Source: a virus. From it: a stretch of DNA of 41,764 nt. Shown here piece after piece: positions 1-7,036 of the stretch (position 1 is its first letter; every line of letters starts with the position of its first letter). The stretch lies in the IMG/VR virus record IMGVR_UViG_3300034148_000087; one strand, written 5' to 3'. The translations under genes were made by a program, and so were the position numbers. The notes under the pieces were generated by a model, which was not told where the DNA came from, did no database searches, and saw only the letters and a list, made by a program, of their open reading frames with translations.

Positions 1-127
1 GCTGGTACTGGTGAATGAGGCCGGCAAATGGGATGCACCGACCAGCTTTCCGAAGCTGGCCAAGGCTTTCCAGGTCGATACGAAGAAGGTGCTGGCGTCG
101 CTGGACAAGGAAACACCGGCGAAGAAG
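1..127. repeat. Terminal direct repeat, left copy (identical to 41638-41764)
   Basis: Bases 1-127 (gctggtactggtgaatgagg...ccggcgaagaag) recur exactly as the last 127 bases of the window. Compared directly in the sequence. Confidence 0.95.
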
Positions 128-133
128 GCCTAA
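2..133 (+). CDS. parB: 3' end of the ParB gene that starts at 40346 (continues across the circular junction)
   Basis: The 40346 ORF runs off the window end in frame (1419 nt, no stop). Because 1-127 duplicates the end, the same frame continues from base 2 and stops at TAA 131-133 (...LDKETPAKKA*). Confidence 0.8.
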   Translation: MVLVNEAGKWDAPTSFPKLAKAFQVDTKKVLASLDKETPAKKA

Positions 134-173
134 GGGAATATTCACCCACGCTCTATTTTTAAAGGGAGGATCC

Positions 174-413
174 GTGTTGCTGCCCACCGATTCACTGGAA
201 ACCACGTTCGACATCGTAGCCATCATGAGGGAGCCAGCTGAGGACGACGCGCCTGCTCTTTACGAGCTGCGACTTTTTATGCATGTCTGCAGGGAGCTGA
301 AGACGCGATTCGAGATCGGCAAGACCTGGAAGCGCTGCCCCTGGTGTTCGTCTAAGGTGCCGGAGAAGCTGCACCGGATCTTCATTCAGCCCGACGCCGC
401 GAAGGAGGTCTGA
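174..413 (+). CDS. Hypothetical small protein (79 aa, CPWC motif)
   Basis: GTG at 174 follows AAAGGGAGGA (161-170). The upstream part of track ORF 15..413 overlaps the ParB tail and is R/W-rich junk. No family recognised. Confidence 0.6.
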   Translation: MLLPTDSLETTFDIVAIMREPAEDDAPALYELRLFMHVCRELKTRFEIGKTWKRCPWCSSKVPEKLHRIFIQPDAAKEV

Positions 414-595
414 TGGCGGGCGCGGGCCGCATCGAACGAAAGCAACGGGCGGCGCTCCCACCGGCGGAACGCCGTTGCACGATTTGCAAGGACAAGGAGA
501 GCTGGAAGGAGGACGTCTGTTATCGCTGCTCTCAGTTCAAGAGGCTGGGCGTGCCCGTGGTCGTGAAGGAGGAGGAATCCGGTGTCGATGCTTGA
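413..595 (+). CDS. Small zinc-ribbon-like protein (60 aa)
   Basis: The ATG overlaps the preceding stop (TGATG). Two CxxC pairs (CTIC ... CYRC). Confidence 0.6.
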   Translation: MAGAGRIERKQRAALPPAERRCTICKDKESWKEDVCYRCSQFKRLGVPVVVKEEESGVDA

Positions 596-872
596 GTACG
601 CCACCGACCGGAAGCTCAAGCCCATGCGCGAGGATCTGATCGAAGCCTATCGCGCTGCCCTGGGTTCCTATCCGGATATCGAAGCGGACTGGATCCGGGA
701 CTTTGATGCATACGTGAAGTCCGTCCGGCTGGAAGCCGCACTGAGCGTGCTCCGTGCCTGGGCGCATTGGCACTCTGGAACGCAGTACGTGGGAAGTTGC
801 GGCACGACGCTCGTAGTGGCGGAGGCCGCCCTGAAGGAACTCATCGAGAAGGAGAAGCCATGGAGCAGCTGA
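582..872 (+). CDS. Hypothetical protein (96 aa)
   Basis: GTG start lies 5 nt after GGAGGA. Composition looks coding. No family recognised. Confidence 0.6.
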   Translation: MSMLEYATDRKLKPMREDLIEAYRAALGSYPDIEADWIRDFDAYVKSVRLEAALSVLRAWAHWHSGTQYVGSCGTTLVVAEAALKELIEKEKPWSS

Positions 873-1129
873 AGGGACTGGATTTGCTCGGGTTGAAGGT
901 TAAGGATAAGGTGACGGGCCAGATCGGAATTGTGACCTCAATCTCTTTCGACCTGTACGGCTGCGTGCAAGCGCTCGTCCATCCTGGCTTGGACAAAGAT
1001 CAGAAGCTCCGAGAACTGAGCTGGTTCGACGTGCAGCGCCTGCAGAAACTCACCACGAAAGCGCTCTTGCCAATCCCGAGCTTCGCCGCCGCTACCGGCC
1101 CGGAGCGCAAGCCAGTTCCGCGCGTATGA
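860..1129 (+). CDS. Hypothetical protein (89 aa)
   Basis: Internal ATG (residue 32) of track ORF 767..1129, preceded by GAAGGAGAAG. The upstream part is R/G-rich and overlaps the previous gene. Confidence 0.6.
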   Translation: MEQLKGLDLLGLKVKDKVTGQIGIVTSISFDLYGCVQALVHPGLDKDQKLRELSWFDVQRLQKLTTKALLPIPSFAAATGPERKPVPRV

Positions 1130-1389
1130 TGGTGTCAAACACCCGGCGCCCGAAGGCCGCGGTTCGTTGTGGGAGCTGCGGGTGGAAGGGGGTGCGGGCG
1201 CGAGATGGTCGCCCGTGCCCCCGCTGTAAATATTACTTTCCCCGCCGCGTTGTCTTTGGTCCAGCCCCCGCCGAAGCGCTTCAAGCGGACAGGTTTATCG
1301 ATGAGCAGATCGACGCCCTTACCTGTGATCACAAGTTCGTGGACAGTAATCGCTGCCTCAAGTGCGGATGGATTCCGCGGAAGGTATAG
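1126..1389 (+). CDS. Small zinc-ribbon-like protein (87 aa)
   Basis: ATGA start/stop overlap. Motifs CGSCG...CPRC and C...CLKCG. Confidence 0.6.
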   Translation: MMVSNTRRPKAAVRCGSCGWKGVRARDGRPCPRCKYYFPRRVVFGPAPAEALQADRFIDEQIDALTCDHKFVDSNRCLKCGWIPRKV

Positions 1390-1394
1390 AGAGC

Positions 1395-1790
1395 GTGCCT
1401 ACCGAGACACCTAAAATTCCGGTGACGGGGAGCTGGACGAGGACACCCACGCCGCAGGCCTTCCGAGCCATCCCACTCGGAGCCGGCCTGGCCCGCTTCG
1501 TCAGCGACGATGGCGTGGTGGTGCTCTCTGCCGTGGAATGGGTCGAAGGTCACACCGGGCTGATCGTTCCCCATTACCACGTTTCGGTGTCGCACCGGAA
1601 CCAGGTCGCGAGTACCGACGTCATGATGGCCGTGCGCCATGATTTTCAAATGGAAGATGCCGAGGAGGATAACCACGGTCACGGGATCGTGCGCCACCTG
1701 TGGCGGGAAGTCCACGGCGACCCAAAGGAGTGTCACTGCAAAAACGAAGCCCCGCCGACCGTTGACGGCGAACGAGAATGGAGGCCCTGA
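1395..1790 (+). CDS. Hypothetical His-rich protein (131 aa)
   Basis: GTG (residue 12 of track ORF 1362..1790) lies just after the previous stop. Motifs HYHVSVSH, NHGHGIVRHLW and CHC. It resembles a conserved phage family with HxSxS...HLW motifs, but this is from memory only. Confidence 0.55.
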   Translation: MPTETPKIPVTGSWTRTPTPQAFRAIPLGAGLARFVSDDGVVVLSAVEWVEGHTGLIVPHYHVSVSHRNQVASTDVMMAVRHDFQMEDAEEDNHGHGIVRHLWREVHGDPKECHCKNEAPPTVDGEREWRP

Positions 1791-1793
1791 CGC

Positions 1794-2006
1794 ATGAGCA
1801 TTAGAACGCTGGAGAGAAAACTCGCGAAGGAGGCGAGGATGGTCCTCGCCAACCCCGCCTTTCGGCTGAAGGACCTGATGGAATGGCAGACGGGCGCAGC
1901 GGGTAAATGCCCGTTCGAGGCGCACGAAGGCGAGGGCTTGGCCTTCCTGCCCGAGCTGTCTGTCTGGATTGCGTTCCCCCTGGCCCTCGACAAGAGGGGG
2001 AAGTGA
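1794..2006 (+). CDS. Hypothetical protein (70 aa)
   Basis: ATG lies 3 nt after the previous stop. Tightly packed with its neighbours. Confidence 0.55.
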   Translation: MSIRTLERKLAKEARMVLANPAFRLKDLMEWQTGAAGKCPFEAHEGEGLAFLPELSVWIAFPLALDKRGK

Positions 2007-2212
2007 TGCACTGCATCGGCTGCAAAAAGACCCCGAACGAGCTGGAGGAGTATGTCGAGGCCGCGGCGCCTCTTGGGATCACCCCCGAGGAGTACGTGCG
2101 CCAGGAGGAGGGAACCTACAACCGGGAGAATGGCCACTTCGCCTGCACCAAGTGCTATATCGAAATGGGCCAGCCATCGAAGCAATGGCCCGAGTGTTGG
2201 ACGGCCCCGTGA
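2006..2212 (+). CDS. Small zinc-ribbon-like protein (68 aa)
   Basis: ATG (residue 34 of track ORF 1907..2212) overlaps the previous TGA. Motifs CIGC ... CTKC. Confidence 0.6.
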   Translation: MHCIGCKKTPNELEEYVEAAAPLGITPEEYVRQEEGTYNRENGHFACTKCYIEMGQPSKQWPECWTAP

Positions 2213-2406
2213 GTTCCATGCTGCGCGAGCTCACCGAGAAGTTTCAACGTGACGCCCTCACCCAGCTCCTCCAGCAATGCACCTCGGATCAGCAAGAGTT
2301 CTTTGCCAGAATCTATCCCAAGGGCGTGCCGCCCGACAAGATTGAAGCTGCCTATGGCCTGGTGGAGCGCACGATCAGGAAGAACCATGCGGGAAGGGTC
2401 TCATGA
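2185..2406 (+). CDS. Hypothetical protein (73 aa)
   Basis: Internal ATG (residue 73) of track ORF 1969..2406. The sequence downstream looks like a real protein (MARVLDG...LTEKFQRDALTQLLQQC...) while the upstream part is R/G/P-rich. The start is uncertain. Confidence 0.5.
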   Translation: MARVLDGPVSSMLRELTEKFQRDALTQLLQQCTSDQQEFFARIYPKGVPPDKIEAAYGLVERTIRKNHAGRVS

Positions 2407-2885
2407 AAGGACTGGGCCCGATTCACCGCCCTGTCCTTACCCTGGACTTCGGCTCTACCACGGGCTGGGCCCTCTGTGCGTTCGAAGGCCGTATCATCTC
2501 CGGTGCCTGGCACTACCGTCCCGTCCCCTCCGGTCACCCCGGAGGGGTGTTCGCCGCCTTTCATCCCTGGCTCACCGGCTTGGTCCGAGATACCCAGGCC
2601 GCCCATATCGTCTACGAGATCCCCTTTCACCGTGCACCTGGCCGCCGAGCCGCTGTCGTGCTCATCGGCATGGAAGCTATTACCCTCATGGTCGCGCAAG
2701 TCCATTCGCTGCCGATAGATGGCCTCAATGCTTCCAACATCAAGAAGGCAGTGACGGGAAAGGGGAACGCCAAGAAACCAGAGGTCGCGGCCGCCTTGCG
2801 TGCCCGTCGTCTCATGCCGGCGGGGGCGGGGGAGGACGAGGTGGATGCCCTTGCGCTGCTGTTGGTGGTGATGGAATCGCATTGA
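2403..2885 (+). CDS. RuvC-like Holliday-junction resolvase
   Basis: Motifs: LTLDFGSTTGWAL (first catalytic Asp), VYEIPF (Glu), NIKKAVTGKGNAKKPEV and EDEVDALALL (C-terminal Asp pair). These are typical of RuvC-family endonucleases. Confidence 0.75.
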   Translation: MKGLGPIHRPVLTLDFGSTTGWALCAFEGRIISGAWHYRPVPSGHPGGVFAAFHPWLTGLVRDTQAAHIVYEIPFHRAPGRRAAVVLIGMEAITLMVAQVHSLPIDGLNASNIKKAVTGKGNAKKPEVAAALRARRLMPAGAGEDEVDALALLLVVMESH

Positions 2886-2927
2886 CAGAACCCCACCGCC
2901 GAGCGTAGCCTTCGCGCCGGGGATCCG

Positions 2928-3590
2928 ATGAAAAACAATCAAAGAAAATCCGGACGCCGTTCAACTCCAGCCACGGTCCATGTCGCCGTCCCCATGCTCA
3001 TCTCCCAGCTGAAGCCGCATGCCAAGAATTACCGGAAGCACCCCCCGGATGAGCTCCGTCATCTGGTCGCAAGCATCGAGCGCCACGGCCTTTACCGTAA
3101 CGTGGTCGCGGCAAGGGATGGTACCGTTCTTGCCGGGCATGGCGTCGTGGAGGCGGCGAAGGCTGCGGGCCACGATAGGGTTCCCGTGGTGACCCTGGAC
3201 CTGGACCCGAACGAGGACCGAGCGGTTAAGGTGCTGGTGGGTGACAATGAAATCGGCAGGATGGCCGATTCGGATGACCGCCAGTTGACGGATCTGCTGC
3301 GGGAGGTTTCCCTCGGGGACCCGGCGAACCTTCTGGGTACTGGGTTCGATGCCGTGACCCTTGCCAACCTGGCACTGACAACGCGCCCATCGGCCGAGCT
3401 TGCGACCGAAGCCGATGCCCGTAAGTGGGCCGGCGACAAGGATGCGACTCCCGAGGAGAAGGGTTATCCGCTCATCATCAGCTTCCGCAACGATGAGGAT
3501 ATCCGGGCCTTTGCCGCCAAGACGGGACTGGATCCCGTGGGTGGCGCCCGTATCGTCCGCTGGAATCCCCCCTCGGGCGGTCACGGATGA
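2928..3590 (+). CDS. ParB/Srx-fold (ParB N-terminal domain) protein, paralog A
   Basis: LKPHAKNYRKHPPDELRHLVASIERHGLYRNVVAARDGTVLAGHGVVEAAKAAGHDRVPVVTL...VGDNEIG matches the ParB-like nuclease/NTPase domain pattern. A TGFDA linker and a small C-terminal domain (ISFRNDEDIRAFAAKTGL) follow. Confidence 0.7.
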   Translation: MKNNQRKSGRRSTPATVHVAVPMLISQLKPHAKNYRKHPPDELRHLVASIERHGLYRNVVAARDGTVLAGHGVVEAAKAAGHDRVPVVTLDLDPNEDRAVKVLVGDNEIGRMADSDDRQLTDLLREVSLGDPANLLGTGFDAVTLANLALTTRPSAELATEADARKWAGDKDATPEEKGYPLIISFRNDEDIRAFAAKTGLDPVGGARIVRWNPPSGGHG

Positions 3591-4297
3591 GCCGCCAGGG
3601 CGGGGCTGGAGGCAGGGGCAGTGGAGCACGTCGGGCGGTGCCCATGCCGTCTCCAGTGCTCTTGCCCCTGGCCTCCCTGAAATCCCACCCGCGCAATTAC
3701 CGCATTCACCCTCCTGACCAGCTCGCCCACCTGGAGGAGAGCATCCGCACCCATGGGTTCTATCGCAACGTGGTGGCCTCACGCGACGGCACGATTCTGG
3801 TGGGTCATGGCGTGGTGATGGCCGCGGCTCGTCTCGGTATGGACGAAGTCCCGGTGATCACCCTCGACATGGATTCCACGGACCCCCGTGCGCTGCTCCT
3901 CATGGCCGCAGATAACGAGATCGGCCGCCTGGCCCAGACCGACAACGCAGCACTCTCGAAGCTGCTGGAATCGCTGGCGAAGCCCGGGCCCGAGTCGCTG
4001 ATGGGGACCGGGTACGATGCCATGAAGCTGTCGAATCTGGTGGCGGTGGCGCAGGCCCCCATGAGCGATCGCATGGTGACCGAGGCGCAGGAATGGTTCG
4101 GGATGCCGGAGTATCACGTCGTGCCCAAGCCGGTGTTCGTGGCGATCACCTTTCACAGCATCGAGGACCGCCGACGCTTTGCGGAGGAACTTGGGCTGAG
4201 GGTCACCGACCGCACGCGAGGGACGTTCTGGCCCCAGGAGCAGAACATGGACTTGCGCAGCGTGAAGTTTAAGAGCACGAAACATGCCTCCAAATGA
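3587..4297 (+). CDS. ParB/Srx-fold (ParB N-terminal domain) protein, paralog B
   Basis: ATGA overlap with paralog A. LKSHPRNYRIHPPDQLAHLEESIRTHGFYRNVVASRDGTILVGHGVVMAAARLGMDEVPVITL...AADNEIG is colinear with paralog A, as are TGYDA and ITFHSIEDRRRFAEELGL. Confidence 0.7.
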   Translation: MSRQGGAGGRGSGARRAVPMPSPVLLPLASLKSHPRNYRIHPPDQLAHLEESIRTHGFYRNVVASRDGTILVGHGVVMAAARLGMDEVPVITLDMDSTDPRALLLMAADNEIGRLAQTDNAALSKLLESLAKPGPESLMGTGYDAMKLSNLVAVAQAPMSDRMVTEAQEWFGMPEYHVVPKPVFVAITFHSIEDRRRFAEELGLRVTDRTRGTFWPQEQNMDLRSVKFKSTKHASK

Positions 4298-5225
4298 ATC
4301 CCCCTCCGGGACCGGAAATAACCCTTACGGAATGATCCTGCCCAGGTATCCCGTCTACATCGTGAGCAAAGGCCGCTGGCGCCGACCCTATACCGCGCGC
4401 GCCCTGGCCCGAGACGGTGTGCCCTTCCGCCTGGTCGTGGAAGCCCAGGAAGCCGACGCTTATGCCCGGGTCGTTGGGAAGGAGCGGGTATTGGTGTTGC
4501 CCTTTGCCAATCTGGGGCTGGGTTCGATGCCGGCACGCAACTGGATTTGGGAGCACGCTCTATCGGAGGGGCACGAGCGGCACTGGGTACTGGACGACAA
4601 CATGCGCGGGTTCTACCGCCGATGGCATGGCGACCGCCTTCCTTGTGAAGGGGGCCCGGCGCTGCGGGCGTGCGAGGATTTCGTTGACCGATACGAGAAC
4701 GTGGCCCTCGCGGGCCTGAACTATTCCACCTTCGCCCATCGCAATTCGGGGCGCAAGGGAGGGATGCCGCCCTTTTACCTCAACGTCCATGTGTATTCCT
4801 GCATCCTCATCCTCTCCCGGATCCCCTATCGCTGGCGCGGTCGCTACAATGAGGACACGGATCTATGCCTGCAGGTGCTCTCCGGTGGATGGTGCACCGT
4901 CTTGCTGAATGCCTTCCTGGTGCAAAAGATGGTCACGATGGCCATGCGTGGGGGGAACACTGACGTGCTGTATGCTGGCGATGGGCGCTTGAGAATGGCC
5001 CGAAGTCTTGAACGCGCCTGGCCGGGTGTGGTACAGGTGATCCGCCGTTTCCGCCGCCCTCAGCACTGGGTGGACTGGACGAGGTTTCGGAATCGGCTGA
5101 AGCCGAAGCAGTCCCGCGGGGCGACTGAGGCCTCCGGTCTGGACTGGGCGGTGCAGCTGGAGCAGTTGGCCCCTTCTGTGAGACACCCGCGCCTTCGCCG
5201 ATACGTGTCGGAGGCAATGAAGTGA
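4284..5225 (+). CDS. GT-A-fold-like glycosyl/nucleotidyl-transferase candidate
   Basis: Overlaps the previous gene by 14 nt. Motifs: N-terminal strand YPVYIVSKGRW, DxD-like WVLDDNMRG and later RYNEDTDLCLQVL (GT2-like EDxDL). Assigned from motifs only. Confidence 0.4.
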   Translation: MPPNESPSGTGNNPYGMILPRYPVYIVSKGRWRRPYTARALARDGVPFRLVVEAQEADAYARVVGKERVLVLPFANLGLGSMPARNWIWEHALSEGHERHWVLDDNMRGFYRRWHGDRLPCEGGPALRACEDFVDRYENVALAGLNYSTFAHRNSGRKGGMPPFYLNVHVYSCILILSRIPYRWRGRYNEDTDLCLQVLSGGWCTVLLNAFLVQKMVTMAMRGGNTDVLYAGDGRLRMARSLERAWPGVVQVIRRFRRPQHWVDWTRFRNRLKPKQSRGATEASGLDWAVQLEQLAPSVRHPRLRRYVSEAMK

Positions 5226-5605
5226 AAAAGCTCGGGAAGAAGGACAGCGGTGGCGCGCGAGTGGGAGCGGGCCGCCCCCCTGGCCGATTGAACGATAAGA
5301 CCCTCCTGTTCCGTGAAGCGCTGAAGGAGGGTATCAAGGTCGTGCTGGCGAAGAATGCTGATGCGCCTCAGGACCCGGTGATCGCGTTGGGCTGGGCGTT
5401 GTACACCAAGGGCATTGCCGGTCACCCGGAGTGCCTCGTGCGCCTCGCGGAGTGGATCGGTGGGAAGCCGAAGGAAGTCATCGAGTTCGATCCCCCCATC
5501 GGAGGCGGACCCTCAGTCATCGAGTACCGATGTTTCACGGCCGAGGGCCGATCTGTATCTCCCCCCTCTGTTTCCGTACCAGGAAAGGTTCCTAAACAGA
5601 CCTGA
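5222..5605 (+). CDS. terS: Terminase small subunit candidate
   Basis: GTG start overlaps the previous stop. N-terminal GGARVGAGRPPGR DNA-binding motif and C-terminal LAEWIGGKPKEVIEF motif, both common in phage TerS-type proteins. Lies immediately upstream of terL. Confidence 0.55.
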   Translation: MKKLGKKDSGGARVGAGRPPGRLNDKTLLFREALKEGIKVVLAKNADAPQDPVIALGWALYTKGIAGHPECLVRLAEWIGGKPKEVIEFDPPIGGGPSVIEYRCFTAEGRSVSPPSVSVPGKVPKQT

Positions 5606-6887
5606 GCTTGAGCTCGTTGTCCTCTCGGCCACGCAGATCGGCAAGACCTTCGCGTGCGCCTGCTGGCTCCTCTCTTGGCTCTGGATTCATCCCCGCAAAC
5701 TCGGATGGTGGGTCGCCCCCACTCTTGAGCAAGCCCGCGAGGGTTACAACGCCCTGGTGGAGCTCAACGAGAAGGCGATGGCCGCTGGTGGGCCCGGGTT
5801 CATCGCGCGTGCCGTTGAAAGCAAGATGCGCATTTATCTGCGCAACGGATCGCGGGTGGAGTGTCGGAGCTGGGAGAAGCGGGAGAACCTTCGCGGCCGC
5901 ACCGTCGATGCGATGGTCGTGGATGAAGCCGGGCTTCTCGATTCCGCTTCGCGTGCCATTCTCTCCACCCGGCGCAGCGCCACGCTGGGACCGATCCGCT
6001 ACATCGGGAACCCCGGCCCCGTGCTGGGAGAGTTTTGGAACCTCTGTCAGCAGGCACAGGACGAAGCGAACGCCGGCCGCATCGGCTTCATCCGATGGAC
6101 GTGGCGCGACCGTTATCTTGGCCTAAAGGGAGAGCACCCGGACGGACCCACGCCTCCCGAGCTGCTCAATCCCGACGGCGCCGAGCTGTACCTAGCCTTT
6201 ATCGAGAGCGAGCGCAAGGATCTTTCGGGCTTCGAATTCGCCCAGCAGTACGAGGGAGAATTCCCAACGCCTCCCGGGGCGCTATTCGCGGAGTGGGTCG
6301 ATAAGGCGATGGTATTGGACGTGGACCAGGAGCCGCACAAGGATCACCCCTACATCATGGCGTGGGATATTGGACAGCAGAGCGGATGGACGCGGGGCGT
6401 GCCGCTGTGCCTGAAGTGCTGGGCGGTGCACTGGGTCGCGGGGATCCGCGGAGAACCTTATCCGAAGATCGAAGCCTTCATCGCTGCCGAGTCGCTGCGC
6501 TTCAATCACGCGCCTGCCATCATCGAGACGAATGGACCCGGCGGCCCGGTCTTTGATCACGTGCAGGCCCTGTACGACAAAGTGCAGAAGTGGTGGACGG
6601 ATAATCGAAATAAGCGCACCGCGGCGCTCACCGTGAATCGGGACGGAGGAGGCGGGAAGTTGAAGCTGTGCCGAGATCCGGGCCTGCGCAGCGAGATGAT
6701 GGTCTTCAAGAGCCACCAGGTCCCCAGCACCGGCACCTGGACGTTCGTCTCGCCGTCGAAGAAGGATGGCCACGGGGATCGGGTGTCCGCTTTGCTCATC
6801 GCTGTGGGGTCCGCGAGCAGTGGTGCGGAAGCCTTCCTGCGCCTACTGCAAGAGGAAATCGACAGGAACAACCCTCAGCCATCTTGA
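5415..6887 (+). CDS. terL: Terminase large subunit
   Basis: Walker A VVLSATQIGKTF, Walker B DAMVVDEAGLL, and C-terminal nuclease-like motifs (IIETNGPGG, HGDRVSALLIA). ATG 5415 is the only ATG/GTG/TTG start in frame, but the first ~45 codons look non-coding. The true start may be CTG 5553 (see findings). Confidence 0.85.
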   Translation: MPVTRSASCASRSGSVGSRRKSSSSIPPSEADPQSSSTDVSRPRADLYLPPLFPYQERFLNRPELELVVLSATQIGKTFACACWLLSWLWIHPRKLGWWVAPTLEQAREGYNALVELNEKAMAAGGPGFIARAVESKMRIYLRNGSRVECRSWEKRENLRGRTVDAMVVDEAGLLDSASRAILSTRRSATLGPIRYIGNPGPVLGEFWNLCQQAQDEANAGRIGFIRWTWRDRYLGLKGEHPDGPTPPELLNPDGAELYLAFIESERKDLSGFEFAQQYEGEFPTPPGALFAEWVDKAMVLDVDQEPHKDHPYIMAWDIGQQSGWTRGVPLCLKCWAVHWVAGIRGEPYPKIEAFIAAESLRFNHAPAIIETNGPGGPVFDHVQALYDKVQKWWTDNRNKRTAALTVNRDGGGGKLKLCRDPGLRSEMMVFKSHQVPSTGTWTFVSPSKKDGHGDRVSALLIAVGSASSGAEAFLRLLQEEIDRNNPQPS

Positions 6888-6940
6888 CATGGATCCCCAA
6901 GGGGTCGTACAGTCCCAAAACTGTAGGTCCTTTCCCTTGG

Positions 6941-7012
6941 GGCAGGGAAGTGAATGGGATCACGCAGGCCTCATAAGCCTGAAATCCGGTTCGAATCCGG
7001 CGACTGCCCCCA
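6941..7012 (+). tRNA. tRNA-like gene, anticodon CAT (Met, or Ile2 if modified), with encoded CCA
   Basis: Hand fold: acceptor ggcaggg / gactgcc (5 of 7 pairs). D arm gtga-atggga-tcac. Anticodon arm caggc-ctCATaa-gcctg (perfect, U33 and A37 present). 3-nt variable region. T arm tccgg-TTCGAAT-ccggc (4 of 5 pairs). Discriminator c, then cca. The molecule is short and has 3 mismatches at the acceptor/T junction. Confidence 0.5.
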
Positions 7013-7036
7013 ACACTTGCGCCGTGAGGGCATGAC

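Noticed and set aside
15-173. N-terminal extension of track ORF 15..413
   Set aside because: It overlaps the real ParB C-terminus, is an R/W-rich translation, and a GTG with a strong AGGGAGGA Shine-Dalgarno occurs at 174.
2249-2908. 219-aa plus-strand ORF overlapping the RuvC-like gene in another frame
   Set aside because: The product is Pro/Arg/Ser-rich and low in complexity (…GGGGGRGG…). The RuvC frame carries the conserved catalytic motifs.
5530-5537. Second parS site (TGTTTCAC half-site inside terS)
   Set aside because: Only one half of the palindrome is present (followed by ggccgagg), so it is not a complete parS. It could be chance.
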